Below, one piece after another: positions 22,689 through 34,319 of a stretch of DNA of 64,000 nucleotides. Positions within the stretch are counted from its first letter, which is position 1. The number at the start of each line of letters is the position of its first letter. Source of the stretch: Escherichia coli O127:H6 str. E2348/69 (GTDB lineage: Bacteria; Pseudomonadota; Gammaproteobacteria; Enterobacterales; Enterobacteriaceae). The translations under genes were made by a program, and so were the position numbers. The notes under the pieces are model-generated. The model did no database searches, was not told the origin of the DNA, and was given only the letters and a program-made list of their open reading frames with translations. The DNA is taken from NCBI RefSeq assembly GCF_000026545.1, contig NC_011601.1; one strand, given 5' to 3'.

Positions 22689-23279
22689 GTGCAAGAAAGA
22701 ATTAAAGCTTGCTTCACTGAAAGCATTCAAACTCAAATTGCGGCGGCAGAGGCGCTTCCGGATGCCATCTCCCGTGCAGCCATGACGCTGGTTCAGTCTC
22801 TGCTCAATGGCAACAAAATCCTCTGTTGTGGTAATGGAACTTCCGCTGCCAATGCACAGCATTTTGCTGCCAGCATGATCAACCGTTTCGAAACGGAGCG
22901 GCCCAGCTTACCTGCCATTGCACTAAATACTGATAATGTTGTCTTAACGGCGATTGCCAACGATCGCTTACATGATGAAGTGTATGCAAAACAGGTGCGG
23001 GCGCTGGGTCATGCGGGAGATGTATTGTTAGCCATTTCCACCCGTGGCAACAGCCGCGATATTGTAAAAGCGGTAGAAGCTGCCGTTACGCGTGATATGA
23101 CCATTGTGGCATTAACCGGCTATGACGGCGGTGAACTTGCAGGTTTGTTAGGGCCACAGGATGTGGAGATCCGCATTCCTTCGCATCGTAGTGCTCGCAT
23201 TCAGGAAATGCATATGCTGACGGTAAATTGCCTGTGCGATCTGATCGATAACACGCTTTTCCCTCACCAGGATGTTTAA
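22689..23279 (+). CDS. diaA: DnaA initiator-associating protein, SIS domain (196 aa, GTG start)
   Basis: Translation [16 protein letters not shown]. Confidence 0.9.
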
Positions 23280-23288
23280 GGAGAATAC

Positions 23289-23864
23289 ATGAAGGCATTA
23301 TCGCCAATCGCAGTCCTTCTTTCCGCGCTGCTGTTGCAAGGTTGTGTTGCCGCTGCCGTAGTGGGTACCGCTGCTGTAGGTACCAAAGCCGCAACTGACC
23401 CACGCAGTGTCGGCACCCAGGTGGACGATGGTACCCTGGAAGTGCGCGTGAACAGCGCATTGTCGAAAGACGAACAAATTAAGAAAGAAGCGCGCATTAA
23501 TGTAACGGCCTATCAGGGCAAAGTGCTACTGGTTGGGCAGTCACCAAACGCTGAACTTTCGGCTCGCGCCAAACAGATTGCTATGGGCGTAGACGGTGCC
23601 AACGAAGTGTATAACGAGATTCGTCAGGGCCAGCCGATTGGTCTGGGCGAAGCGTCTAACGATACGTGGATCACCACCAAAGTACGTTCGCAGCTGTTAA
23701 CCAGCGACCTGGTGAAATCGTCCAACGTGAAAGTGACCACCGAAAACGGTGAAGTGTTCCTGATGGGGCTGGTGACTGAACGTGAAGCGAAAGCGGCGGC
23801 AGATATTGCCAGCCGGGTAAGCGGCGTGAAGCGGGTAACTACGGCGTTTACGTTTATTAAATAG
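23289..23864 (+). CDS. dolP: Outer-membrane lipoprotein with dual BON domains (191 aa)
   Basis: Translation MKALSPIAVLLSALLLQGC (lipobox); also known as YraP. Confidence 0.9.
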   Translation: MKALSPIAVLLSALLLQGCVAAAVVGTAAVGTKAATDPRSVGTQVDDGTLEVRVNSALSKDEQIKKEARINVTAYQGKVLLVGQSPNAELSARAKQIAMGVDGANEVYNEIRQGQPIGLGEASNDTWITTKVRSQLLTSDLVKSSNVKVTTENGEVFLMGLVTEREAKAAADIASRVSGVKRVTTAFTFIK

Positions 23865-23877
23865 CAGCCCTTGTAAT

Positions 23878-23961
23878 GCCTGATGCGACGCTTGCAGCGT
23901 CTTATCAGGCCTACAACGATGCAAACCGTAGGTCGGATAAGGCGTTTACGCCGCATCCGAC
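23878..23961. repeat. REP/BIME element (two inverted REP units)
   Basis: gcctgatgcgacgcttgcagcgtcttatcaggcctac followed by an inverted copy gtaggtcggataaggcgtttacgccgcatccgaca. Confidence 0.8.
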
Positions 23962-23976
23962 ATGTTTTCCCTCAAA

Positions 23977-25023
23977 TCAAACCAACAGCGCCAGCCCGCC
24001 GACAATCACACCAGACACTGCCACCATCGCCCCCGTCAGCCATAAGGCTTTCGCCGGAAACGCTTTACGCAACATTATCAGCGACGGCAAACTCACCGCC
24101 GGGAGCGTCATCAACAATGCCAGCGCCGGAGCGGTTCCCATACCTGCCAGCATCATCGTTTGTACAATCGGAATTTCTGCTGCCGTGGGAATGACAAACA
24201 AGCATCCCGCTACCGCTACCGCCATCGCCACCACCCACATCAGGCTGTTATCGACAGCACCATCGGCATGGGGGAATAACCAGACGCGAGCGGCACCCAA
24301 CACCAGTACTGCAAGGATGTAAACCGGGATCGTACTCCAGAAAAGCGTCCATAGCGCCCTGCCCCAGCGGCTAAAAAAACCGCCCTGTGATTCCGGTATG
24401 TCAATTTCGACCGGTGCCTGCGTTTGCGGTGTTTCACGCACCCATTTTTGCACCAGCGTCGCAATCAGCAACACCATCACCAGCCCCGCCACCAGACGAA
24501 TCGCCGCAAAACCCCAGCCGAGGACGAACCCCATAAACACCAGCGTCGCCGGGTTTAACAACGGATTCCCCATCCAGAATGCCAGCGCACCGCCCATCGA
24601 CACCTGTTGGCGACGCATTCCCGCCGCGACCGGAGCCGCACAGCAGGTACACATCATGCCCGGCAGAGAAAACAGCGTTCCCAGCAACGTGCCGCGAAAG
24701 CGCGATTGCCCAAGCGTACGCAACAACCAGTCACGCGGGATCAGCACCTGAATCAACGAACCGAGGATCACCCCCAGCACCGCCGCTTTCCATACCGCGA
24801 GAAAATAGATCATCGCGTAATCCAACGCCGCCTGCCACGGATTAGCATCTGCCTGCGCAAGGATAGATTTACCGATACTGTGGGTTTCGGCAGCAGTAAA
24901 CGCTTTGCCGTAGTAAGGTTGCCATTTCACATACCAGAGACCGGCAATGACAACGAGAAAGAAAAGCGCGGGTTTCCACCACTGAATGGGCGTTGCCGCC
25001 TGAGATGAAGACTGACCAGTCAT
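23977..25023 (-). CDS. yraQ: Putative inner-membrane permease YraQ (about 346 aa)
   Basis: Polytopic translation; gene order. Confidence 0.85.
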   Translation of the reverse strand: MTGQSSSQAATPIQWWKPALFFLVVIAGLWYVKWQPYYGKAFTAAETHSIGKSILAQADANPWQAALDYAMIYFLAVWKAAVLGVILGSLIQVLIPRDWLLRTLGQSRFRGTLLGTLFSLPGMMCTCCAAPVAAGMRRQQVSMGGALAFWMGNPLLNPATLVFMGFVLGWGFAAIRLVAGLVMVLLIATLVQKWVRETPQTQAPVEIDIPESQGGFFSRWGRALWTLFWSTIPVYILAVLVLGAARVWLFPHADGAVDNSLMWVVAMAVAVAGCLFVIPTAAEIPIVQTMMLAGMGTAPALALLMTLPAVSLPSLIMLRKAFPAKALWLTGAMVAVSGVIVGGLALLV

Positions 25024-25095
25024 AGCATTCCCCAGGAATAAGTTATGATAATTGAGCGCGTGAATATTACGCTCACTATCAATTCTTGGGAATAA

Positions 25096-25731
<636 letters not shown>

Positions 25732-25772
25732 ATTGCCTCCCCCCGGTATGTGTACTCATGTTTAACTATAGG

Positions 25773-26195
25773 TTACCGTTGCCAGACCAGTTTTTTACCA
25801 AAGCCCAGCGTGTTGTCGGTGAATTTGATTTCATCGAGCCGGATTTCCCATACCGGGGCCGACAGCATTCTGGCAACCGGAAAGCGACGATTGTACGCCT
25901 TGCGTGCGAGGTCGCTTTCCTCGCCTTCCAGTCTGCGGATCTCACCTTTAAACTGCACGCCGCGAATTAACGCTACCGTTTTCGGCTGACCGTTTACCGT
26001 TCCGGCAATTGCCGCCTGCGGCCCGCTCATCTGCGCATGACGCGTTTTTTCTTCCGTCAAAATGTAGAAGGCGACTTTCTGCGCATCAAAAAGATAAAAA
26101 GCATTGGCGCACCACAGTTCCCCTTCCTGCTGCACACACCAGGTGACAACATGTTGTTTTGCCAGCCAACGGCTGATGGCGGTGAGTGTTTCCAT
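25773..26195 (-). CDS. yhbP: UPF0306 family protein YhbP (140 aa here)
   Basis: Translation [28 protein letters not shown]; may be slightly shorter than the K-12 protein (unverified). Confidence 0.8.
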   Translation of the reverse strand: METLTAISRWLAKQHVVTWCVQQEGELWCANAFYLFDAQKVAFYILTEEKTRHAQMSGPQAAIAGTVNGQPKTVALIRGVQFKGEIRRLEGEESDLARKAYNRRFPVARMLSAPVWEIRLDEIKFTDNTLGFGKKLVWQR

Positions 26196-26245
26196 TGCTG
26201 TTCTCTTTTATACTGTGGGCCTGACCTTAACATGCGACGCAGACG

Positions 26246-26548
26246 ATGACACCCTGGTTTCTTTACTTGATCCGTACCGCCGACAATAAGCTTTATACCG
26301 GGATCACCACGGATGTCGAACGCCGCTATCAGCAGCACCAAAGCGGCAAAGGGGCGAAAGCACTGCGCGGGAAGGGAGAACTAACGCTGGCGTTTTCCGC
26401 ACCAGTGGGCAATCGTTCGCTGGCGTTACGGGCAGAATATCGCGTTAAGCAACTGACCAAACGGCAAAAAGAGCGTCTGGTAGCGGAAGGTGCAGTGTTT
26501 GCAGAACTGTTGAACAGCCTGCAAACCCCGGAGATTAAAAGCGATTGA
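26246..26548 (+). CDS. yhbQ: GIY-YIG nuclease superfamily protein YhbQ (100 aa)
   Basis: Translation [31 protein letters not shown]. Confidence 0.9.
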   Translation: MTPWFLYLIRTADNKLYTGITTDVERRYQQHQSGKGAKALRGKGELTLAFSAPVGNRSLALRAEYRVKQLTKRQKERLVAEGAVFAELLNSLQTPEIKSD

Positions 26549-27038
26549 AGTGCTCGTGATACTCAACCAGACCAGTTACACCGTTCAGCGCGTCATCCGC
26601 TAAACGATGTACCTGGAAGGCACTTTCAGTGCCCGGCCAGCGGCAACGCAGATCGTGATGTGCCGCCAGTTCAAAGCCGAAACGGCTGTAAAGCGCCGGA
26701 TCGCCCAGCGTCACCACTGCGGCATAGCCGAACTCATTAAGCGAATCGAGTCCTTCATAGACCAGTTGGCGTGCCAGCCCCTGTCCACGGTATTTTTCAT
26801 CTACCGCCAACGGTGCCATGCCGACCCATTGCAGGTCTTCGCCCTGCACATCAACCGGACTAAATGCCACATAGCCAATGACCTGACCTTCGTCATCTGT
26901 CGCCACCAGCCCCAGCGTCAGAAAGCCATCTTCACGCAGATCGTGAACCAGCTTCGCTTCCGCATCACTTTCGAATGAACGACGCAGCAGGGCATCAATA
27001 CCCGGCGCATCAATGGGAATTTCTACTCGAATTAGCAT
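26535..27038 (-). CDS. yhbS: GNAT-family N-acetyltransferase YhbS (167 aa)
   Basis: Translation; 3' end overlaps yhbQ convergently by 14 nt. Confidence 0.88.
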   Translation of the reverse strand: MLIRVEIPIDAPGIDALLRRSFESDAEAKLVHDLREDGFLTLGLVATDDEGQVIGYVAFSPVDVQGEDLQWVGMAPLAVDEKYRGQGLARQLVYEGLDSLNEFGYAAVVTLGDPALYSRFGFELAAHHDLRCRWPGTESAFQVHRLADDALNGVTGLVEYHEHFNRF

Positions 27039-27556
27039 GGTTCACCTACCGATGTCTGTTTGGTTTCAGGCGCGGTTTTCATTCCCGCCTCAACAAAATC
27101 CGCCAGTTGCAGCAGCATCATGCGTAAGGCTTTCGGCATTTGCTCCAGTTCAATGGCGTCCATCAGGTTTTTCACATACAGCCCCAGCTCCGTATCGCCT
27201 TCAATCACCAGCCGACGCTGGAAGAAGAGCGTATCCGGATCTTGTTTACGCGCCGCAATCATCAGCAGATCGCTGGCGTCGGCACTAAAACTCACATCAG
27301 CTTGCGCGTTCTGGCTAACGACCAGTTTGCCATTCACCACCGAGGTAAACCATTGCAGGTCAATATCACGCACATGAATACTTAACCAGCGGCCTTCGAG
27401 AAACTCCAGCTCGCCATCATCCAGCGCCTGACGGAATTGCCAGCTTAAGACCTGCTCTAGAACCTGGCGTTTTAGCGCAAATGGCGTCAGTTTTACCGGT
27501 ACACTCAACAGAGATGGCCCCAAATGCACAATACGGGAACGCAGTTTATCCAACAC
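27032..27556 (-). CDS. ubiT: SCP2-domain protein, anaerobic ubiquinone biosynthesis accessory factor (about 174 aa from GTG; ORF open to 27580)
   Basis: Translation ...LDKLRSRIVHLGPSLLSVPVKLTPFALKRQ; start ambiguous between ATG at 27580 and GTG at 27556. Confidence 0.8.
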   Translation of the reverse strand: MLDKLRSRIVHLGPSLLSVPVKLTPFALKRQVLEQVLSWQFRQALDDGELEFLEGRWLSIHVRDIDLQWFTSVVNGKLVVSQNAQADVSFSADASDLLMIAARKQDPDTLFFQRRLVIEGDTELGLYVKNLMDAIELEQMPKALRMMLLQLADFVEAGMKTAPETKQTSVGEPC

Positions 27557-27764
27557 GAGTTTTACTCCCTGTTTCAACAATCATCCTATTTTGCCATATC
27601 AGAAAAATAACATAGCGGTATAAATCAACAATTCCATATGAAATTGCTGCTACCACCAATACAACTTTAACTGCCTTAAATCAAAAATTGTCGCTGCAAG
27701 GTTAACTAAAATCCCAGTTCGTTAACATTTTTGCGTTTTGATAGCGCACCCTTCAGGAAAAATT

Positions 27765-28760
27765 ATGGAGCTGCTCTGCCCTGCCGGAAATCTCCCGGCG
27801 CTTAAGGCGGCCATCGAAAACGGCGCAGATGCTGTTTATATCGGGCTAAAAGATGATACCAATGCCCGTCACTTCGCCGGCCTTAACTTTACCGAGAAAA
27901 AATTGCAGGAAGCGGTGAGTTTTGTCCATCAACATCGCCGCAAACTTCACATCGCGATTAACACTTTTGCGCATCCGGACGGTTACGCCCGCTGGCAGCG
28001 CGCCGTGGATATGGCGGCGCAGCTGGGTGCCGACGCGCTGATCCTCGCCGACCTCGCCATGCTGGAGTACGCCGCCGAGCGTTACCCGCATATTGAACGT
28101 CACGTATCGGTGCAGGCTTCGGCGACCAATGAAGAGGCGATTAACTTTTATCATCGCCATTTTGACGTTGCCCGCGTGGTGCTGCCGCGCGTGTTGTCGA
28201 TTCATCAGGTGAAACAACTGGCACGGGTCACACCTGTACCACTGGAAGTCTTTGCTTTCGGCAGCCTGTGCATTATGTCGGAAGGTCGTTGCTATCTGTC
28301 GTCGTATTTGACGGGTGAGTCGCCCAACACTGTGGGCGCGTGTTCTCCGGCCCGTTTCGTGCGCTGGCAGCAAACGCCGCAGGGGCTGGAATCCCGCCTG
28401 AACGAAGTGCTGATCGACCGTTATCAGGACGGCGAAAACGCAGGTTATCCGACGCTATGTAAAGGGCGTTATCTGGTGGACGGCGAGCGCTATCACGCGC
28501 TGGAAGAACCAACCAGTCTCAATACCCTGGAACTGCTGCCGGAGTTAATGGCGGCGAATATTGCTTCGGTGAAAATTGAAGGCCGCCAGCGTAGCCCGGC
28601 GTATGTCAGCCAGGTGGCGAAAGTCTGGCGTCAGGCTATCGACCGTTGTAAGGCCGATCCGCAAAACTTCGTACCGCAAAGCGCGTGGATGGAGACGCTC
28701 GGGTCGATGTCCGAAGGCACGCAAACTACCCTTGGCGCGTATCACCGTAAATGGCAGTGA
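27765..28760 (+). CDS. ubiU: U32-family protein required for O2-independent ubiquinone biosynthesis (331 aa)
   Basis: Translation from MELLCPAGNLPALKAAIENGADAVYIG; also known as YhbU. Confidence 0.88.
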   Translation: MELLCPAGNLPALKAAIENGADAVYIGLKDDTNARHFAGLNFTEKKLQEAVSFVHQHRRKLHIAINTFAHPDGYARWQRAVDMAAQLGADALILADLAMLEYAAERYPHIERHVSVQASATNEEAINFYHRHFDVARVVLPRVLSIHQVKQLARVTPVPLEVFAFGSLCIMSEGRCYLSSYLTGESPNTVGACSPARFVRWQQTPQGLESRLNEVLIDRYQDGENAGYPTLCKGRYLVDGERYHALEEPTSLNTLELLPELMAANIASVKIEGRQRSPAYVSQVAKVWRQAIDRCKADPQNFVPQSAWMETLGSMSEGTQTTLGAYHRKWQ

Positions 28761-28768
28761 GAAAAGCA

Positions 28769-29647
28769 ATGAAATATTCTTTAGGGCCGGTGCTATGGTA
28801 CTGGCCAAAAGAGACGCTGGAAGACTTTTATCAGCAGGCCGCCGCCAGCAGCGCAGACGTGATTTATCTTGGTGAAGCGGTCTGTAGCAAACGCCGGGCA
28901 ACCAAAGTTGGCGACTGGCTGGAGATGGCAAAATCGCTCGCCGGAAGTGGCAAGCAGATTGTGCTCTCCACGCTGGCGCTGGTGCAGGCATCCTCCGAAC
29001 TGGGCGAACTGAAACGCTATGTTGAGAACGGTGAGTTTCTGATTGAAGCCAGCGATCTCGGCGTGGTGAATATGTGCGCTGAACGCAAACTGCCGTTCGT
29101 CGCCGGGCACGCGCTGAACTGCTACAACGCGGTGACGCTGAAAATATTGCTCAAACAGGGCATGATGCGCTGGTGTATGCCGGTGGAGCTTTCCCGCGAC
29201 TGGCTGGTGAATCTGCTTAATCAGTGCGATGAGTTGGGCATTCGCAACCAGTTTGAAGTGGAAGTCCTGAGCTACGGTCATCTACCTCTGGCCTACTCCG
29301 CCCGCTGCTTTACCGCGCGTTCGGAAGACCGCCCGAAAGATGAGTGTGAAACCTGCTGCATTAAATATCCGAACGGGCGCAACGTACTGTCGCAGGAAAA
29401 CCAACAAGTGTTTGTACTCAACGGCATTCAGACCATGAGCGGCTACGTTTACAACCTCGGTAACGAGCTGGCATCCATGCAGGGGCTGGTCGATGTGGTC
29501 CGCCTGTCACCGCAGGGTACTGACACTTTCGCAATGCTCGATGCCTTCCGCGCTAATGAAAATGGCGCTGCGCCACTACCGTTAACGGCAAACAGCGATT
29601 GTAACGGCTACTGGCGGCGACTGGCCGGGCTGGAGCTGCAAGCGTAA
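28769..29647 (+). CDS. ubiV: U32-family protein, partner of UbiU (292 aa)
   Basis: Translation from MKYSLGPVLWYWPKETLEDFY; also known as YhbV. Confidence 0.88.
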   Translation: MKYSLGPVLWYWPKETLEDFYQQAAASSADVIYLGEAVCSKRRATKVGDWLEMAKSLAGSGKQIVLSTLALVQASSELGELKRYVENGEFLIEASDLGVVNMCAERKLPFVAGHALNCYNAVTLKILLKQGMMRWCMPVELSRDWLVNLLNQCDELGIRNQFEVEVLSYGHLPLAYSARCFTARSEDRPKDECETCCIKYPNGRNVLSQENQQVFVLNGIQTMSGYVYNLGNELASMQGLVDVVRLSPQGTDTFAMLDAFRANENGAAPLPLTANSDCNGYWRRLAGLELQA

Positions 29648-29727
29648 GTATATAGCTCACTTTGTTAACAACTTTAACTACTCTTTAATGCAGTATTAAA
29701 GATTAATCGGTAACAAAGTGAGCTGTT

Positions 29728-30735
29728 ATGACTGATAAAACCATTGCGTTTTCGCTACTCGATCTGGCCCCCATCCCCGAAGGTTCTTCAGCGCGGGAAG
29801 CGTTCTCCCACTCTCTCGACCTCGCCCGTCTGGCTGAAAAGCGCGGCTATCATCGCTACTGGCTGGCAGAACACCACAATATGACCGGCATTGCCAGTGC
29901 TGCAACGTCGGTGTTAATTGGCTATCTGGCGGCGAATACCACCACGCTGCATCTGGGGTCTGGCGGCGTGATGTTGCCTAACCACTCACCGTTGGTGATC
30001 GCCGAACAATTCGGCACGCTCAATACGCTCTATCCGGGGCGAATCGATTTGGGGCTGGGCCGCGCGCCGGGTAGCGATCAGCGAACCATGATGGCGCTGC
30101 GTCGTCATATGAGCGGCGATATTGATAATTTCCCCCGCGATGTCGCGGAACTGGTGGACTGGTTTGACGCCCGCGATCCCAATCCGCATGTGCGCCCAGT
30201 ACCAGGCTATGGCGAGAAAATCCCCGTGTGGTTGTTAGGATCCAGCCTTTACAGCGCGCAACTGGCGGCGCAGCTTGGTCTGCCGTTTGCGTTTGCCTCA
30301 CACTTCGCGCCGGATATGTTGTTCCAGGCGCTGCATCTTTATCGCAGCAACTTCAAACCGTCGGCACGGTTGGAGAAACCGTATGCGATGGTGTGCATCA
30401 ATATTATCGCCGCCGACAGCAACCGCGATGCTGAATTCCTGTTTACCTCAATGCAGCAAGCCTTTGTGAAGCTGCGCCGCGGCGAAACCGGGCAACTGCC
30501 GCCACCGATTCAAAATATGGATCAGTTCTGGTCGCCGTCCGAACAGTATGGTGTGCAGCAGGCGCTGAGTATGTCGCTGGTGGGCGATAAAGCGAAAGTG
30601 CGTCATGGCTTGCAGTCGATCCTGCGCGAAACCGACGCCGATGAGATTATGGTTAACGGGCAGATTTTCGACCACCAGGCACGCCTGCATTCGTTTGAGC
30701 TGGCGATGGATGTGAAGGAAGAGTTGTTGGGGTAG
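29728..30735 (+). CDS. yhbW: Luciferase-like (LLM-class) monooxygenase YhbW (335 aa)
   Basis: Translation and length. Confidence 0.88.
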   Translation: MTDKTIAFSLLDLAPIPEGSSAREAFSHSLDLARLAEKRGYHRYWLAEHHNMTGIASAATSVLIGYLAANTTTLHLGSGGVMLPNHSPLVIAEQFGTLNTLYPGRIDLGLGRAPGSDQRTMMALRRHMSGDIDNFPRDVAELVDWFDARDPNPHVRPVPGYGEKIPVWLLGSSLYSAQLAAQLGLPFAFASHFAPDMLFQALHLYRSNFKPSARLEKPYAMVCINIIAADSNRDAEFLFTSMQQAFVKLRRGETGQLPPPIQNMDQFWSPSEQYGVQQALSMSLVGDKAKVRHGLQSILRETDADEIMVNGQIFDHQARLHSFELAMDVKEELLG

Positions 30736-30745
30736 TGTGTTTTAA

Positions 30746-30849
30746 CGTAGGAAGCCTTATCCGAGATGGCAACGCTGTCCTACGTAGGCCTGATAAGCGA
30801 AGCGCATCAGGCATTGTGTAGGCAGCAGAAATGTCGGATAAGGCACCGC
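30746..30849. repeat. REP/BIME cluster between yhbW and mtr
   Basis: gtaggcctgataagcgaagcgcatcaggc and flanking degenerate REP units. Confidence 0.7.
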
Positions 30850-30852
30850 TGA

Positions 30853-32097
30853 TTACTGATACACCGGCAGCACATTAAAGCTCGATAAGATATGGACCAG
30901 TGCGTTGCCAACGCCAAATACCAGAATCAGCATAATCATCGGCTTGCCGCCCCATACACGGAATTTCGGGCTACCAAAGCGTTTACGCGATGCGCGGGCC
31001 AACAGCGCCGGAACAATTGCCGCCCAGATGGTAGCCGCTAAGCCAGCATAACCAATGGCGTACAGGAATCCGTTAGGAAACAGCAGGCCACCCACAACAG
31101 GCGGGGCAAAGGTCAGCAACGCTGTTTTCAAACGGCCCATAGCCGAGTCGTCAAAACCAAACAGGTCTGCCAGATAGTCAAACAGGCCCAGCGTTACGCC
31201 GAGGAACGAACTCGCTACCGCAAAGTTTGAGAACACGACCAGTAGAAGATCCAGACTACGGCTGTTCAGTACGCCGCTTAACGCCTGTACCAGCACATCA
31301 ATATTACCGCCCTTCTCGGCGATACCGATAAACTCCGGACGCGGGATGTTACCCATCGTCGCCAGCAACCAGATGGTATACAGCGCCAGCGCCATCAGCG
31401 TACCATACACCAGGCATTTCACGATGGTTTTCGGATCTTTGCCGTAATACTTCATCAGGCTCGGTACGTTACCGTGATAACCAAACGATGCCAGACAGAA
31501 CGGCAGCGTCATCAACAGATACGGTGCATAAGACGCATTGCTTTCGGCGACGTTGAACAATGTCGCAGGCTGCACATGCCCCAGCAGGCTACCGAAGGTG
31601 AGGAAGAAGGTAATGACTTTCGCCCCCAGCACAATCGCTGTCATGCGACTGACGGCTTTGGTGCTCAACCACACCACAAACGCCACCAACAGTGCAAAAC
31701 CAAAACCCGCTGCCCGTGCCGGGACGTTCAATGACATCTCTGCGAAGGTATGATGCAGAATCGAACCGCTGGCAGAAATATAGGCGTAAGTCAGGATGTA
31801 GAGCACAAAGGCAATGGAAATGCCGTTGACCACGTTCCAGCCTTTGCCCAGCAAATCTTTGGTGATGGTGTCAAAGCTCGAACCGATTCGGTAATTCAGG
31901 TTAGCTTCCAGAATCATCAAGCCGGAATGCAGCATACAGAACCAGGTGAAAATCAGCGCCGCCATTGACCAGAAGAACCACGCCCCGGACATGACCACTG
32001 GCAGAGAAAACATCCCTGCGCCAATAATGGTGCCGCCGATAATCACCACGCCGCCAAGCAGCGACGGTGACGTTTGGGTGGTGGTTAGTGTTGCCAT
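30853..32097 (-). CDS. mtr: Tryptophan-specific permease (414 aa)
   Basis: Translation and length match recalled Mtr. Confidence 0.92.
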   Translation of the reverse strand: MATLTTTQTSPSLLGGVVIIGGTIIGAGMFSLPVVMSGAWFFWSMAALIFTWFCMLHSGLMILEANLNYRIGSSFDTITKDLLGKGWNVVNGISIAFVLYILTYAYISASGSILHHTFAEMSLNVPARAAGFGFALLVAFVVWLSTKAVSRMTAIVLGAKVITFFLTFGSLLGHVQPATLFNVAESNASYAPYLLMTLPFCLASFGYHGNVPSLMKYYGKDPKTIVKCLVYGTLMALALYTIWLLATMGNIPRPEFIGIAEKGGNIDVLVQALSGVLNSRSLDLLLVVFSNFAVASSFLGVTLGLFDYLADLFGFDDSAMGRLKTALLTFAPPVVGGLLFPNGFLYAIGYAGLAATIWAAIVPALLARASRKRFGSPKFRVWGGKPMIMLILVFGVGNALVHILSSFNVLPVYQ

Positions 32098-32175
32098 GAG
32101 GGCTTCTCTCCAGTGAAAAATAGTGCGACTGCGTTGTTATGCATTGCACTGTACCAGTACATGAGTACAAAAAAC
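32098..32175 (-). promoter_or_regulatory. mtr promoter region; GTACTCATGTACTGGTACAG resembles TrpR/TyrR-type operator sequence
   Basis: Palindromic GTAC-rich motif immediately upstream of mtr; mtr is known to be TrpR/TyrR regulated; exact boxes not resolved. Confidence 0.35.
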
Positions 32176-32208
32176 AGAAAAAAAGCCCCGATGGGTAAAA
32201 TCGGGGCT
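32176..32208 (-). terminator. Rho-independent terminator downstream of deaD (gccccgat...atcggggc plus U-run)
   Basis: Hairpin and T-run on the minus-strand transcript. Confidence 0.7.
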
Positions 32209-32250
32209 GTATATATTATTTTACAGATTGTGTTCGCTGTTCAGCGATGA

Positions 32251-34140
32251 TTACGCATCACCACCGAAACGACGACGACCGGTAGAGTCATCACGACGCG
32301 GTGCGCGGCCTTCACGACGTTCGCCGCTAAAACGACGCCCATCACCACGCCCCCCTTCACGGCGTTCACCGCTGAAGTTACGACCGCCTTCACGACGTTC
32401 GCCACCGAAACCACGACCACCGCCACGACGCTCACCGCCAGTATGCGGCTGTGCATCGCCCAGTAACTGCATGTTCATCGGCTTGTTGAGAATGCGAGTA
32501 CGCGTAAAGTGTTGCAGCACTTCACCCGGCATACCTTTCGGCAGTTCGATGGTGGAGTGAGAAGCAAACAGCTTGATGTTACCGATGTAACGGCTGCTGA
32601 TGTCGCCTTCGTTAGCAATCGCGCCAACGATATGACGAACTTCAACACCATCATCGCGGCCCACTTCAATACGGTACAACTGCATATCGCCAACATCACG
32701 ACGTTCGCGACGCGGACGATCTTCACGGTCGCCACGCGGGCCACGGTCGTTACGATCGCGCGGACCACGGTCATCACGGTCACGGAATTCACGTTTCGGA
32801 CGCATCGGCGCATCTGGCGGAACAATCAGAGTACGTTCACCCTGTGCCATTTTCAGTAGTGCGGCTGCCAGAGTTTCGAGATCCAGCTCTTCACCTTCGG
32901 CAGTCGGCTGAATTTTGCTCAGCAGTGCACGGTATTGATCCAGATCGCTGCTTTCCAGCTGCTGCTGTACTTTAGCGGCAAATTTTTCCAGACGACGTTT
33001 GCCCAGCAGTTCTGCGTTCGGCAGTTCTACTTCCGGAATGGTCAGCTTCATGGTGCGTTCGATGTTGCGCAGCAGACGACGCTCACGGTTCTCAACGAAC
33101 AGCAGTGCACGACCAGCACGACCTGCACGACCGGTACGACCGATACGGTGAACGTAAGACTCAGAATCCATCGGGATATCGTAGTTAACCACCAGGCTGA
33201 TACGCTCAACGTCCAGGCCACGGGCTGCAACGTCGGTCGCAATCAGGATGTCCAGACGACCATCTTTCAGGCGTTCCAGTGTCTGCTCACGCAGCGCCTG
33301 GTTCATGTCACCGTTCAGCGCGGCGCTGTTGTAGCCGTTACGCTCAAGAGCTTCTGCCACTTCCAGAGTCGCGTTTTTGGTACGAACGAAGATAATCGCC
33401 GCATCAAAATCTTCCGCTTCCAGGAAACGTACCAGTGCTTCGTTTTTACGCATACCCCAGACAGTCCAGTAGCTCTGGCTGATGTCAGGACGGGTAGTCA
33501 CGCTGGACTGAATGCGCACTTCCTGCGGCTCTTTCATAAAGCGGCGGGTAATGCGACGAATCGCTTCCGGCATGGTTGCAGAGAACAGAGCGGTCTGATG
33601 ACCTTCCGGGATCTGCGCCATAATGGTTTCAACGTCTTCGATGAAGCCCATGCGCAGCATTTCGTCAGCTTCATCCAGAACCAGACCGCTCAGTTTAGAG
33701 AGGTCCAGAGTGCCACGTTTCAGGTGGTCCAGCAGACGGCCCGGAGTACCGACAACGATCTGCGGCCCCTGACGCAGGGCGCGTAATTGCACGTCATAAC
33801 GTTGGCCGCCGTACAGGGCAACCACGTTTACGCCGCGCATGTGTTTAGAGAAATCCGTCATTGCTTCAGCAACCTGTACCGCCAGTTCGCGGGTCGGTGC
33901 CAGCACCAGAATCTGTGGTGCTTTCAGCTCAGGATCAAGATTCTGCAGCAGAGGTAAAGAGAATGCTGCAGTTTTTCCGCTCCCCGTCTGGGCCATACCC
34001 AGAACGTCGCGGCCATTCAGCAGATGTGGAATACACTCTGCCTGAATTGGAGATGGTTTTTCGTAACCCAGATCGTTAAGGGCTTCAAGGATAGGAGCCT
34101 TCAGGCCCAGATCTGCAAAAGTGGTTTCGAATTCAGCCAT
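32251..34140 (-). CDS. deaD: Cold-shock DEAD-box ATP-dependent RNA helicase (629 aa) with Arg/Gly-rich C-terminal tail
   Basis: Translation from [33 protein letters not shown]; DEAD and SAT motifs present; the 22-codon upstream extension is rejected. Confidence 0.92.
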
Positions 34141-34319
34141 GTAGTACGTGTGCCTCAAAATTAATGGCGGCCAGTCTACATAACTCATCATGAAATTGAT
34201 CAGCAATTTTCATTGAAAAGTGTGAACCGGCTCAAAGTAGGTGTATTAACGAACAACAACGCCCTCACCCGTTAAGGTGATGGCAATCAAAAAAGATTAC
34301 GGGCTGATGTGTACGTCAG
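34141..34319 (-). promoter_or_regulatory. Long deaD 5' untranslated leader
   Basis: 179-nt non-coding gap between the nlpI stop and the deaD start on the same strand; deaD is known to have a long leader. Confidence 0.4.

Noticed and set aside
27581-27737. Possible FNR box in the ubiT / ubiU divergent promoter region
   Set aside because: ubiTUV is known to be FNR-controlled, but I could not find a clean TTGAT-N4-ATCAA match by eye; needs a position-weight-matrix scan.
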